A stretch of 64,000 nt of DNA from an uncultured Candidatus Saccharibacteria bacterium (GCA_964561155.1 CAZLOI010000001.1:3958-67957), one strand, 5' to 3'. Numbered from the stretch's first letter, positions 36,589 through 46,302 are shown. Numbers and translations: made by a program. The notes: a model not told the origin generated them from the sequence alone.

Positions 36589-37845
36589 ATGCCAAGGAAA
36601 AGAAATTTGGAGTCATCTCCACTACTAGCTAGTCGCGTAGGAGCCAATGCGAGCACAGTAAATCCTGAGAGGTTAGACCAAGCAAGATTTACTGAGATCC
36701 AGGAAAGTTCTACGAATGAAAGCAACACTCTTCGAATTATTATTTACATCGCCATAGTTATTGCAGTTGGTGTAGGAGCAGCTATTGTTGTTCGAAACAT
36801 GTCTACAACTACTACTCCTGAAACAAATACAGATACTGTAGATGAAACTCCAGTTGTTGAAGAACAAACATTTGAAGTTGCAACAACAGTTAAAGCAAAC
36901 TCTGCAGCAACTGATGCTCCAGAAGATAGCGACTTTGTAACATCACTAACTTCAAAGATTGGTGATTCTGCAACATTATTAAGCACTGCTACTCTAGAAA
37001 CTGTATTTATAGAAAAGTATCAATCATTTGATAGAGTTGAACTAACATTCTCAACAGTAAAACTACCTTCTATTACACTTAACTTTGCACAGAGCAAGAA
37101 GTCTCTATCAATCCCATTAACTGACATTATGGAAGTTGCTGAGGATATTAAGACAACCGCAGTTGTAAACAATGTAATTGCAGGATATACATACAATTCA
37201 ACAGTTCCTGAAATAGTCCTATCTTTTGATGAAGCATCGGAATATAGAATAGTAGTAAAAGGAAATGTTTTAACTATAGATTTAAAGAAAGAAAGTGTTA
37301 GTCTAGAAGCTCCAGCTACAACTCCAGATCCAGTAGTTGAAGAACCAATGGAAGAAGAGGAAGTGGTGTCTGATGGCTCAAAGCCAGCAGCTCCATTCTA
37401 TGTAAATGAATTCTCAAAGACAAAGCAGTATATTTCAAGTGAAGTATCAACAAATACAATTGCGTACAATAACTACTTTGTTTATGACGCTAATACTTTC
37501 TTTGAATTCAGCATTGGTGCTGAAGGATTAGGAGGAGATGCAAATATTCCAAACGCTACTGCTGAGTATGTATCTGAAGGTGGAAAGGATTACATTCAAA
37601 TTGAAGTAAGTAATCTTTCAAATACACCATTCCAGGTTTCTAGAGGAAAAACTGCTGCACAAATTCAAAGTGAAACAGGTCTTGATGTATCGGGTGCAAA
37701 CTTTGTAGGTATTTCTCTAGTTAGCTTTGCGGATGGGATGGCTACATACAGAATTGAGGTAAAGAATAAGGCAGATTTCAATTTGTCTATTGAAGAATGG
37801 ACAGATGGTGTTACAGATATTTTAAGTATACAGATTAAGGACTAA
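36589..37845 (+). CDS. membrane-anchored extracytoplasmic hypothetical protein (Thr/Pro/Glu-rich linkers; two repeated beta-rich modules)
   Basis: 418 aa. A cytoplasmic 45 aa, then TM LRIIIYIAIVIAVGVGAAIVV, TTTTPETNTDT and PATTPDPVVEEPMEEEE linkers, and repeated segments (RVELTFS...ITLNF; YRIVVKGNVLTIDL; YRIEVKNKADFNLSI). Confidence 0.35.
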   Translation: MPRKRNLESSPLLASRVGANASTVNPERLDQARFTEIQESSTNESNTLRIIIYIAIVIAVGVGAAIVVRNMSTTTTPETNTDTVDETPVVEEQTFEVATTVKANSAATDAPEDSDFVTSLTSKIGDSATLLSTATLETVFIEKYQSFDRVELTFSTVKLPSITLNFAQSKKSLSIPLTDIMEVAEDIKTTAVVNNVIAGYTYNSTVPEIVLSFDEASEYRIVVKGNVLTIDLKKESVSLEAPATTPDPVVEEPMEEEEVVSDGSKPAAPFYVNEFSKTKQYISSEVSTNTIAYNNYFVYDANTFFEFSIGAEGLGGDANIPNATAEYVSEGGKDYIQIEVSNLSNTPFQVSRGKTAAQIQSETGLDVSGANFVGISLVSFADGMATYRIEVKNKADFNLSIEEWTDGVTDILSIQIKD

Positions 37846-38723
37846 TGAGATTTAAAGTTTTAAATAACATTTTACTGATTTGGATATTCCTAATGCTTAT
37901 TGGTGTTGGCTTGGGCATGGTTCTAATAGTACAAAAGACCAATGCCCCTGCCGATTCCCAAGCGGGTGATATTTCTGGTGTATTTCTTGAAATAGATTCT
38001 GTTGATAATAGAAATGTTTTCAATGTAGATGAGATTGCAGAATATAGCCTTACTTTCCGAGATACTACAAGTATAGGACAAAGCTTTGATCAGTTAAATA
38101 TCAAGGTCCAGTATCCTCTTGCTTCTCTAGAACCTATAGATGATCAGTTCTACACTCTGGGAGACAATGTAATGCCTTTGAGCGATGATATTAGTGAATG
38201 TCGATCTATCGATACAGCCACTGGGTGTGTTGAGTTTAGTCTAGCCAAGGTTAGTGGAAGTGTTCTGGAGGATAGCGAAGTTTTAGGAAGTATTTTCTTT
38301 AAAGCTATCAGCAATACAACAGAAGCTTCTGAAATTATCCTAGGTGCTGAATCTAACTTTACTTTCAATGAAGATCTTCATTCATATGTTTCTTTAAGTA
38401 CTTCTGGAACCAAAACTCCAATTGTACAGAGCTCTGCTCTATTCAAGATTCAGAACAAATGTCTTGGAGACTATAACGGAGTAAAAGATGGAGAATCTGA
38501 AGTAGATATTCAAGATTTAGTTAAGTTTGGTAGTAAGTTTGGTACACTTCTTAGTGAGAAGGATATCTTTAATTACGACCTTGTTCCTACAGAACCTAGT
38601 TGTGAAAACTGTACACCTAGACTTGATGAGTTCGATCTAAAGGTAATTATGGCTAACTACGGAGGTAGTTGTAAGTATGATAGAGACAATGTACCTGATC
38701 ATGATGAATTATTAAACCTTTAA
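37845..38723 (+). CDS. secreted/anchored protein with cohesin-like N-terminal domain and dockerin-like C-terminal Ca-binding repeats
   Basis: N-terminal TM. The C-terminus carries GDYNGVKDGESEVDIQDLVKFGSKFG and DLVPTEPSCENCTPRLDEFDLKVIMANYGG, which resemble the dockerin duplicated segment (GDvNgDGkVnsxDltllkryll). The start overlaps the upstream stop (ATGA). Confidence 0.4.
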   Translation: MRFKVLNNILLIWIFLMLIGVGLGMVLIVQKTNAPADSQAGDISGVFLEIDSVDNRNVFNVDEIAEYSLTFRDTTSIGQSFDQLNIKVQYPLASLEPIDDQFYTLGDNVMPLSDDISECRSIDTATGCVEFSLAKVSGSVLEDSEVLGSIFFKAISNTTEASEIILGAESNFTFNEDLHSYVSLSTSGTKTPIVQSSALFKIQNKCLGDYNGVKDGESEVDIQDLVKFGSKFGTLLSEKDIFNYDLVPTEPSCENCTPRLDEFDLKVIMANYGGSCKYDRDNVPDHDELLNL

Positions 38724-38724
38724 T

Positions 38725-39282
38725 ATGAGATATCAAACATTTGCATTAACAATAGTAGCGGTTGCATTAACCTTTGGATTCATTGGAGTCTGGGCAATAT
38801 ATATGCAGAATCCTTCTACGACTACAAATACAAATGTTAATAATCTAGAAAGTGTTGTTGTTAATATGGATAGCCCATATACCTTTAATTTCAACTACTC
38901 AACTTCTAGAGTTGAACTAAACGAAACTCAGGATCTATCGGTATTTCTAAATTCAGACTCTAGCGAGCTTTTTAGAGGTGCTGAAGTATTGCTTTCGTAT
39001 GATCCAACAAAGATTAAAATTGATAGTATAACGGGCTCTCCTGGCTCTTTTGATGCATATGCAGATCCTCTAGACAATTCAGGTATTATTAAAATCGCCG
39101 GTGTTACTACTGAAGACAAGGTATTGAACTTTGGTGTAGAGATTCTACGTATCAAGTTTACAAAGATTGCTTCTGGTTCTTCAGAGATCAAGATACTTGG
39201 TGGAGAGAATAATTCTAAGGTAGTTGATGATACTTTCGAAGCTTTTGCTAGCAATGAAACAATATTAACTGTTTCAGATTAA
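38725..39282 (+). CDS. cohesin domain-like secreted protein
   Basis: Signal anchor FALTIVAVALTFGFIGVWAI, then FRGAEVLLSYDPTKIKIDSITGSPGSFDAYADPLDNSGIIKIAGVT...VEILRIKFTKIASGSSEIKILG, which resembles cohesin consensus (gaeftLsYDpsvLevvsv.aG...........g.i.iag). 2 nt after the upstream stop. Confidence 0.4.
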   Translation: MRYQTFALTIVAVALTFGFIGVWAIYMQNPSTTTNTNVNNLESVVVNMDSPYTFNFNYSTSRVELNETQDLSVFLNSDSSELFRGAEVLLSYDPTKIKIDSITGSPGSFDAYADPLDNSGIIKIAGVTTEDKVLNFGVEILRIKFTKIASGSSEIKILGGENNSKVVDDTFEAFASNETILTVSD

Positions 39283-39328
39283 TCTAATCTTAACTTTAGT
39301 TCTCCTTCCACTTTAAACCTTCGCCTTT

Positions 39329-41275
39329 CTATTCAAACAGTTTTGTATGAACCTGTTTGGCTTCTACATCGGATAGGTTGATGTAACTAATTCTAAAGGT
39401 ATATACAGAACCTGCATCTGATTTGAACTCATCTAATAGGCTCCAGGAATATACGTTGTTTCTAATATCATTAAGCTTTGTTACAATTGTTGAAACTGCT
39501 TCTTCTTGATTAGTAGCTTTAATATTTGTATCTAAATCAAATACTCTCTGTGTAATCTCTAAGCTTCTGGATGCAGTAGACTTTAATGAATTTAGTAAAT
39601 CGATGTTTATTTCTACAAAAGTGAATTCTGTTCCTGTTACAAACTTATTCGAGATACCTATTACTCCAATCTCCTTCCCATCAACAACAAGGTTATATGT
39701 ATTGCTTGGGTGCATAATCGAAGCTACATCTGAAGCCTTGATCATTGTTAGCTTTGAGCTACCAAGAATTGGTGCAGCCATAGATTCTACATCGTTAAAT
39801 ACTTCGTTAAGCTTCACACCACTAGATAGCATACCTAGGGAATAGTGTTCCCTGTATTCGCTATTTATTAATCTAAATACCTTTCCTGTTTCAAAGAACG
39901 ATACATCAGAAAGGTTGTTCTTTATTGATTTAACAAAGTGTCCCCTTAGACTCATTAGAATATTTGATCTTAGGTATGGGACTTCTTCATTTATTGAGTT
40001 TGTTGTTTTAATTGCAACAGATATATCTGCTTCTGTTTGAGTTACATCTTCTTCGGAAACCAATACCCATGATCTAACTTCGTTGTATCCTTTAGATGCA
40101 AGATCCAAAGAAATGCTATCTAGAGTTCTAAGTACACTTGGTGTTATATCATCCGTTGATTCGATATTAATGTTACTTAAGCTAACTTGGTCGTATCCAT
40201 ATATTCGAATTACTTCTTCGATAAGATCTTCTTCCAAAGTTACATCCAATCGATTAGCAGCTGCTTTAAATGTATATACGTCGGCAAGATTGCTAACTGT
40301 TTGAAACCCTAGTCTATTTAGGATTGTTTCTGCTTCATCATTTCCAATCTCTACTCCTACAATCTGTCTCATTCTATTCATATCAAGTGTTATGTTTTCT
40401 ATGACTGTTGGAACTTTGTATATATCAGTTTTATTTGAAACAATATTTCCGTTACAGTTTTCAAGGATTAACGATACCAACCAATCAAATGCTTGAGGAA
40501 GTGTCTCTGGATCCATGAACTTTTCAAGTCTTGTTCCTGCTTCTGTTATGATATTAAGTTTTCTTGAGTTCTGTCTAACAACACCTCCATCATATACTGC
40601 CATTTCAAGGATGATATTTTTTGTATTTGGATTTATCTCTACCTCTTTTCCTCCGATAAAGGTTAGGCTAACTGGCTTGCTTCCATCGGATATTGTAAGT
40701 ATCGAAGAATCAATTTCTAACTTTGTTCCATCAAGTGTAGTAAAGTTTTCATTTTGAACAGAGTACTGCCAGATGAGTCTTCCTGAGTTTAATAGATCTC
40801 GGTCGAATGGGTGGGATGCATGACCTGTTTCTAGCATTACGTAGTTAGTTAGATCTACAAGATTACTTATGCTATTTATCTGATATTGATTAAGGTAGTT
40901 CTTAAGCCATTCTGGTGATTCTCCAACTTCTACATTTTCTATTTCAACAGCAACAACTCTCTTTACTCCTTTCTCTGTTTCTACTGCTATGTTTGCTTCC
41001 CTTTCGTTTGTGTATGTAGGTGTTGCAAATTCTGGTAGTACTAGTGGTATGTTGTAGTATGCCGATATTTCTCTAGCAAGACCTAATACTCCAAAACAAT
41101 CTGCTCTGTTTTGTCTAACTTCAAGATCAAGAAGGTAGTCAGGGTTACCTTGGTACTCTACTTCATAGAACTTGTCCAACATGTATCCAATCTTTGTGAA
41201 TGCAGCAGCAACGTCTTTAGGTCCGTCTGTTAGTTCTGGTAGATATTTTTTTAATTGTGAGAATAGTAAATACAT
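39329..41275 (-). CDS. pheT: phenylalanyl-tRNA synthetase beta subunit (lacking the N-terminal EMAP-like tRNA-binding domain)
   Basis: 648 aa. B3/B4 domain NPDYLLDLEVRQNRADCFGVLGLAREISAYYNIPL (tpNRpDclsvlGiAREvaA), a B5-like segment NITLDMNRMRQIVGVEIGNDEAETILNRLGF, and a C-terminal FDX-ACB-like end. No pheS is adjacent. Confidence 0.75.
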   Translation of the reverse strand: MYLLFSQLKKYLPELTDGPKDVAAAFTKIGYMLDKFYEVEYQGNPDYLLDLEVRQNRADCFGVLGLAREISAYYNIPLVLPEFATPTYTNEREANIAVETEKGVKRVVAVEIENVEVGESPEWLKNYLNQYQINSISNLVDLTNYVMLETGHASHPFDRDLLNSGRLIWQYSVQNENFTTLDGTKLEIDSSILTISDGSKPVSLTFIGGKEVEINPNTKNIILEMAVYDGGVVRQNSRKLNIITEAGTRLEKFMDPETLPQAFDWLVSLILENCNGNIVSNKTDIYKVPTVIENITLDMNRMRQIVGVEIGNDEAETILNRLGFQTVSNLADVYTFKAAANRLDVTLEEDLIEEVIRIYGYDQVSLSNINIESTDDITPSVLRTLDSISLDLASKGYNEVRSWVLVSEEDVTQTEADISVAIKTTNSINEEVPYLRSNILMSLRGHFVKSIKNNLSDVSFFETGKVFRLINSEYREHYSLGMLSSGVKLNEVFNDVESMAAPILGSSKLTMIKASDVASIMHPSNTYNLVVDGKEIGVIGISNKFVTGTEFTFVEINIDLLNSLKSTASRSLEITQRVFDLDTNIKATNQEEAVSTIVTKLNDIRNNVYSWSLLDEFKSDAGSVYTFRISYINLSDVEAKQVHTKLFE

Positions 41276-41321
41276 ACTTATGGATTATATGAAATATTGG
41301 GCAATGGAGCAATCATAAAGG

Positions 41322-42014
41322 CTACTTTATAAAGATTCCTGAGTTAAATCTTTTACCAATGGTACTTGCGTACCAAGATAGACTTAAGGAGTATAGTGTA
41401 TTAATACAACTGTCACTAGGTCTTACCTTGCAGGTAAAGGATATATCTCTTTCTAGAATACATTTCATCACTTTGTATTCTTCTTCGTTTATCGAGTACT
41501 CTCCCACTCCTTCAAATATGCCTGGTGTATCTGAGTTTGCAGATACCATTGGACTATACTCTGGGAGTTCCTGCATGTATCCAGACAAGTGTATGTGTCT
41601 AATGATGAAGGTTGCGGTTTTGAATTTAAAGTTGTTTCCAACTGAGCTATTAAGCAATATTACAAAATCGTTGTAGAGATCCTCATTTTCTACTTCTTCG
41701 TATGCAAAATTATCTACAACTTCACATATTCCTTGAATAAAGAAAAGTGATTGCTGATCGTGTTTTAGATTCTCAAACTCGTTTAAGAGTTTTATATCTG
41801 TAACTATCTCCATTGCATATCCAGTCTTCTTCTTTATCTCTACCATGTTACCCATATCAACAGCGTGAGCCTTTCGGCTCTTTGGAGATTTGATAGATTT
41901 AAGGATATGGGTATGTTTCTTCCCGGTTGTAGAGATAAAGGTGATGAGCTTATCAGATGCAGAATAATTCTTTACCTTTAGAATAACTCCTGTCTCTTTA
42001 TTCTCCCCTTGCAT
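41322..42014 (-). CDS. recO: RecO-like DNA repair protein
   Basis: The N-terminal OB-fold pattern TGVILKVKNYSASDKLITFISTTGKKHTHILKSIKSPKSRKA resembles RecO (GivL...fgEsDli..llT...Gr.......g.rk.KS). 230 aa. No C-terminal zinc finger. Overlaps the secY start by 17 nt. Moderate-low certainty. Confidence 0.45.
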   Translation of the reverse strand: MQGENKETGVILKVKNYSASDKLITFISTTGKKHTHILKSIKSPKSRKAHAVDMGNMVEIKKKTGYAMEIVTDIKLLNEFENLKHDQQSLFFIQGICEVVDNFAYEEVENEDLYNDFVILLNSSVGNNFKFKTATFIIRHIHLSGYMQELPEYSPMVSANSDTPGIFEGVGEYSINEEEYKVMKCILERDISFTCKVRPSDSCINTLYSLSLSWYASTIGKRFNSGIFIK

Positions 42015-43545
42015 ATAGAGAGTAGTTTCTTGCAGCTCTCAGAGAAGCATACTGTCTCCTTGTATCAAGAATAACTCCTACCATAATTAGGATACTTGTA
42101 CCTCCAATACTTGAAAGCAATGCTAGATTACTTCCTGTAGATGTTAGTACCAAACTCCTACCTAGGTTTGGAATTAGGGCGATTAGGCCTAAGAATATTG
42201 ATCCTACGAATGATATTCTAAGCAATACTCCTCCAATATAGTTCTCTGTTGATTTTCCAGGTCTTATTCCAGGAACAAAGCCTCCAGACTTGTTTAGATT
42301 CTCTGCAGTATCTTTTGGATTCATAACAATGAATGAATAGAAGACACCAAAGGCTACAATTAGTACAAAGTATATTGCATCAAATATTAATGTATTGGTT
42401 GTAACTGATGTGCTTTGTTGTGCAAAAAGGAAACTGTTTCTTAGTGATGTTGTGAAATCTGTAGGACCTCCTGCTCCACTTTCAACCAGAGGAACAATTA
42501 GCTGAGGGATTGATAGAAGCGCATATGCAAAGATAACAGGCATAACTCCAGTAACTGTGAATTTGATAGGTAGGAATGATTTCTTTCCAATCTCATCTCC
42601 TCTTAGTCTTCTAGCGTATTGTATCTCCACATTTCTATGAGATTCGCTTACATAGACAACTGCGACAATCATCAGGAATAGCCCTATCAGGACTCCAACA
42701 AAGGCTACGAATATAGGACTCGCCAATACTCCAGTATTTCCATTAAAGAAATCAAAAGCAATTCTTTGGAAGTCTAGTGTTTGTAAGTCTTGAGTAACAA
42801 GTCCTGGTAGACTTGAAATGATACCTAACATGATAACTATTGATGATCCATTTCCAATTCCTTTCTCTGTAATAATTTCAGATAACCACATTAGGAACAC
42901 AGTACCTGCAGCCAACATTAATGCCATGAATACGACCTTGCCCATAGATGGCCAGTCCATACCCGGTGCATGAGGTATTAGATATAGTGGATTTCCAGAT
43001 GTTTCTCCTGGTACTGAACTTGCGAAGTCAGTCTGAGAGATTAATAGGATATATGAAATTGAGTATATGAATGCTAGAGGGAATGTAATGATTCTAGTTA
43101 TCTGGTTCAATACCTGTCTTCCTCTTTCACCTTCTTCTTGTAATGCTTTTAGTCTTCCGAATACATATGGAAGTAGCTGCATGATGATAGACGCATTAAT
43201 GTATGCAGCTAATCCTAGACCGATAATACTTGGTGTTTCTAATCTATTTCCTGTAAATACTGTGAACAAGTAGTTAGCCTCGTTTGCTCCCTTGTTCTCA
43301 AATAGTGTTTGGTAAACTGTCATATCAACTCCAGGTAATGGAATTGCAGATAGTGTTCTGTAGATCACAACTATTAGTAGTGTTACTAATACTTTGTTTC
43401 TAATTTCTTTATTGTTTATTACATCTTTAACAACATTAAAGAATCTGTTGTTTGGTAGTTTGATATTTATCCTTGGGAATCTTCTTGTCTTTGTATTACC
43501 CTTAGGTGATTTTGCTAATGTAGCGTAGTTTTTATCAAGGCTCAT
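41998..43545 (-). CDS. secY: preprotein translocase subunit SecY (with about 35-aa basic N-terminal extension)
   Basis: 10 TM. EIRNKVLVTLLIVVIYRTLSAIPLPGVD matches the SecY N-terminal signature (lrkrilfTl..l.vyRigs.IPiPGid). Synteny: immediately downstream of rplO. Confidence 0.85.
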   Translation of the reverse strand: MSLDKNYATLAKSPKGNTKTRRFPRINIKLPNNRFFNVVKDVINNKEIRNKVLVTLLIVVIYRTLSAIPLPGVDMTVYQTLFENKGANEANYLFTVFTGNRLETPSIIGLGLAAYINASIIMQLLPYVFGRLKALQEEGERGRQVLNQITRIITFPLAFIYSISYILLISQTDFASSVPGETSGNPLYLIPHAPGMDWPSMGKVVFMALMLAAGTVFLMWLSEIITEKGIGNGSSIVIMLGIISSLPGLVTQDLQTLDFQRIAFDFFNGNTGVLASPIFVAFVGVLIGLFLMIVAVVYVSESHRNVEIQYARRLRGDEIGKKSFLPIKFTVTGVMPVIFAYALLSIPQLIVPLVESGAGGPTDFTTSLRNSFLFAQQSTSVTTNTLIFDAIYFVLIVAFGVFYSFIVMNPKDTAENLNKSGGFVPGIRPGKSTENYIGGVLLRISFVGSIFLGLIALIPNLGRSLVLTSTGSNLALLSSIGGTSILIMVGVILDTRRQYASLRAARNYSLYARGE

Positions 43546-43603
43546 ATTTAGTAAACGACAAATAAACGTATAAAATTATAGCACGCAGGATAGTGAGTTG
43601 ACT

Positions 43604-43640
43604 GCTAAGTTTAGAAATTAAAAATAAAAAAACTCTATTT
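43604..43640 (-). terminator. intrinsic terminator between rplO and secY (stem AAACTCTA/TAGAGTTT with GAAA tetraloop, then U-rich tract)
   Basis: Plus-strand 43621-43640 is aaactcta tttc tagagttt. On the minus-strand transcript the hairpin is followed by UUUUUAUUUUUAAUUUC (revcomp of 43604-43620). 32 nt downstream of the rplO stop. A TATAAT (plus attata 43566-43571) follows on the minus strand. Confidence 0.45.
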
Positions 43641-43671
43641 CTAGAGTTTCTTATCCAGATCCATTTATATA

Positions 43672-44136
43672 TTATTCTACAGATCCTCCTGCTTTCTCAA
43701 TACTTTCCTTTGCCTTTGCTGATGTCTGTAAGTTCTTGATATTTATCTTTGTAGATATTTCTTTGTCGAACAATACTTTAATTCCTAAGTCTTTGTTGTA
43801 TCTTGGTGTGATTAATCCATATTCGATTAATACAGCAACATCGATATCTGTAATCTTATTCTCAGTAGCGATAGCTTCTAAGTCAGATAACTGAATAGGT
43901 TGATTGTTAACCTTGCTTGCAAAGTATGCTCTTGTGAATCCCTTTAGTTTAGGTAGTCTTCTTGAAATTGGGTTTTGTCCTCCTTCAAATCCTGGTCTTG
44001 GTTGCTTGTGTCCTCCTCTTGCTGTAGCTCCCTTTCCTCCTCTTCCAACTGTATGTCCTCCAACACCAGAAGCGTATCCTCTTCCTAATTTCTTAGATTT
44101 CTTAATTGTTTTTGGTGATGGTAAGTTATTAATCAT
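43672..44136 (-). CDS. rplO: 50S ribosomal protein L15
   Basis: KKLGRGYASGVGGHTVGRGGKGATARGGHKQPRPGFEGGQNPISRRLPKLKGF is the canonical L15 Gly/Arg-rich N-terminus. Confidence 0.9.
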   Translation of the reverse strand: MINNLPSPKTIKKSKKLGRGYASGVGGHTVGRGGKGATARGGHKQPRPGFEGGQNPISRRLPKLKGFTRAYFASKVNNQPIQLSDLEAIATENKITDIDVAVLIEYGLITPRYNKDLGIKVLFDKEISTKINIKNLQTSAKAKESIEKAGGSVE

Positions 44137-44140
44137 ATTC

Positions 44141-44725
44141 TTATAGTCTACTTGTTCTTAATAATGATAATGCCTGCACTGCTGCGTATGCATTAGTAAT
44201 CTTGTTGTCAGCTCCTAAGATCTTTCCTAAAATATCACTGATTCCAGCTGCTTCTGCAACAAGTCTAACTGAAGATCCTGCAATAATTCCAGTTCCTGGA
44301 TATGCTGGTTTCAATAGAACCTTTGATGCTTTGAATTTAGTTAGAACTTCATGAGGAATTGTATTTCCCTTTAGGTTTACGTGAATCATGTTCTTCTTTG
44401 CATTGTTTACAGCTTTTGTTTGTGCTGATCTAACATCATCTCCTTTTCCTAATCCTAGTCCTACCTTTCCTTTTCTATCTCCAACAACAACGAATACACT
44501 TAGTTTCATTCTTCTTCCTCCCTTATACATCTTTGTAACTCTATTTACATCGATAATCTTAATATCGAATGGATCTTGTTCTCTTGGTGCTCTTTCTCCT
44601 CTCTCTCTCTTCTTGAAAGGTCTTCTACCTCCTCTCTCTTCTTGAACAGGTGCTGGAGCTACTAATGCAGCTGCTGCTTTCTGATCTACTACTTCTTGTG
44701 TTTGTATTTCTTTACTGTTGTCCAT
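44141..44725 (-). CDS. rpsE: 30S ribosomal protein S5 (N-terminal Ala/Arg/Glu-rich extension)
   Basis: IDVNRVTKMYKGGRRMKLSVFVVVGDRKGKVGLGLGKGDDVRSAQTKA...AGSSVRLVAEAAGISDILGKILG. No rpmD (L30) ORF lies between rpsE and rplO (4-nt gap). Confidence 0.9.
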   Translation of the reverse strand: MDNSKEIQTQEVVDQKAAAALVAPAPVQEERGGRRPFKKRERGERAPREQDPFDIKIIDVNRVTKMYKGGRRMKLSVFVVVGDRKGKVGLGLGKGDDVRSAQTKAVNNAKKNMIHVNLKGNTIPHEVLTKFKASKVLLKPAYPGTGIIAGSSVRLVAEAAGISDILGKILGADNKITNAYAAVQALSLLRTSRL

Positions 44726-44731
44726 ATTGTA

Positions 44732-45082
44732 TTAAAGGTTAATTCCAGCTGATCTAATTCCGTCAGCAAGAGCTTTTACATTACCGTGATATTTGTATCC
44801 ACTTCTATCAAAAACTCCTTTATCAATTCCTAAATCTGATAATTTCTTACCGATTGTCTTTCCTACTTCAGTTGATCTTTCAACTCCATTCTTTCCTTTT
44901 ACTTCTGCATCACTCGCACTAGCTAATGTTACTCTTGTAACATCATCAACTGCTTGAACATAGATGTGCTTTGCAGATCTATATACAGTTAATCTAGGCT
45001 TCTCTGGAGATCCAGATACTGTCTTTCGAATGTGCATCTTTCTCTTTGTTTTGTTTATGTTTCTTCTTGCTTGTGTTTTCAT
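44732..45082 (-). CDS. rplR: 50S ribosomal protein L18
   Basis: RKTVSGSPEKPRLTVYRSAKHIYVQAVDDVTRVTLASAS. Confidence 0.9.
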   Translation of the reverse strand: MKTQARRNINKTKRKMHIRKTVSGSPEKPRLTVYRSAKHIYVQAVDDVTRVTLASASDAEVKGKNGVERSTEVGKTIGKKLSDLGIDKGVFDRSGYKYHGNVKALADGIRSAGINL

Positions 45083-45084
45083 AT

Positions 45085-45639
45085 TTATTTAGCTGACTTT
45101 GTTGATTTCTTCTTTACTCTTTCTCCCTTGTATCTAATTCCTTTTCCTTTGTATGGTTCTGGCTCTCTAAAACTTCTTATCTTAGCTGCAGCCTCTCCTA
45201 CCTTCTGTTTGTCATATCCTGATACTTTTATGTTTGTCTGTTCTTCAACTATTACATCTACTCCAACTGGTGGTTCATAGTTAATCTTGTGTGAGTAACC
45301 TAAGGATAAAACTAATTTTCTACCTTGTACTTCTGCTCTGTATCCAATTCCAACTATTTCTAGTGCTTTTGAATATCCTTCAGTTACACCTAATACCATG
45401 TTGTTTATCAATGTTCTGTACAATCCATGAAATGAATTATTCTGTTTGCTCTCGTCTGCAGGAGTCATCTTAACTACTCCATCTTCAACAACTGTGTTTA
45501 CTCCGTGTCTTACAGACTGAGTTAAACTTCCCTTTGGACCAGTTACAAATACTTCCTGGTGACCATAAGATCCTCCATTCTTTACTTCTACTGTTACTCC
45601 TTGTGGTATTGTTATTTCTAGTTTTCCAATTCTCGACAT
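45085..45639 (-). CDS. rplF: 50S ribosomal protein L6
   Basis: MSRIGKLEITIPQGVTVEVKNGG...VTGPKGSL, plus the duplicated L6 alpha/beta domains. 184 aa. Confidence 0.9.
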   Translation of the reverse strand: MSRIGKLEITIPQGVTVEVKNGGSYGHQEVFVTGPKGSLTQSVRHGVNTVVEDGVVKMTPADESKQNNSFHGLYRTLINNMVLGVTEGYSKALEIVGIGYRAEVQGRKLVLSLGYSHKINYEPPVGVDVIVEEQTNIKVSGYDKQKVGEAAAKIRSFREPEPYKGKGIRYKGERVKKKSTKSAK

Positions 45640-45640
45640 C

Positions 45641-46033
45641 TTAGAATATGTAACAAATGTATTCTCCTCCTACTTTAGTCTGTATTGCAGTCTTATCAGT
45701 AATCACTCCGCTTGGTGTTGAGAATATTGCTACTCCCATTCCGCTCATGATTGGTTTGATCTCTTTGTATCCTCTGTATTTTCTAATTCCAGGTTTTGAC
45801 ACTCTTACTAATTCTCTAATTGCAGATTCTCCATTTACGTATCTTAGTGTTAGATTCAAAGTACTTTGTGGCTTTGTTTCCTCTACATCGAAACTTTCAA
45901 TGAATCCTTGTTCCTTTAATATTTCACTAATTCTAACTAGCATTTTGCTAGAAGGCATAGAGACAGTTTCCTGCTTCTTTTGGATCGCATTTCTTATTCT
46001 TGTTAGGTAATCACCTATTGAGTCTCCGACCAT
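45641..46033 (-). CDS. rpsH: 30S ribosomal protein S8
   Basis: DSIGDYLTRIRNAIQKKQETVSMPSSKMLVRISEILKEQGFIESFDV. Confidence 0.9.
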   Translation of the reverse strand: MVGDSIGDYLTRIRNAIQKKQETVSMPSSKMLVRISEILKEQGFIESFDVEETKPQSTLNLTLRYVNGESAIRELVRVSKPGIRKYRGYKEIKPIMSGMGVAIFSTPSGVITDKTAIQTKVGGEYICYIF

Positions 46034-46042
46034 TTTTAAATA

Positions 46043-46255
46043 TTAAAAGCTATATTTCATAACACCTGGTAGTTCCCCAGCAAGTGCTTGTTTTCTAAAA
46101 CAGATCCTACACATCTTGAATTTTCTTACGTAACTTCTTGGTCTTCCACACACTGCACATCTGTGCTTCAATCTCACTTTTTTAAAATGAGTATTTCCAT
46201 TTTGGATCTTTTCCAAGTTCTTATTGTATTTTGCTATCGCTGCTTTGTTTGCCAT
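46043..46255 (-). CDS. rpsN: 30S ribosomal protein S14 type Z (zinc-ribbon form)
   Basis: 70 aa with [38 protein letters not shown] (C-x2-C...C-x2-C Zn ribbon). Confidence 0.85.
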   Translation of the reverse strand: MANKAAIAKYNKNLEKIQNGNTHFKKVRLKHRCAVCGRPRSYVRKFKMCRICFRKQALAGELPGVMKYSF

Positions 46256-46302
46256 AAAAACCTTTGAATTATATCGTTATACGCTATATTAATCAATTAA
46301 TA

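Noticed and set aside
45657-46010. Antisense 'shadow' ORFs inside ribosomal protein genes (for example 45657-46010, 48140-48331, 48470-48776, 51156-51536, 53033-53398)
   Set aside because: They lie entirely within highly conserved ribosomal or tuf coding sequences on the opposite strand. Their translations are low-complexity or Cys/Phe-rich, with no homology signal.
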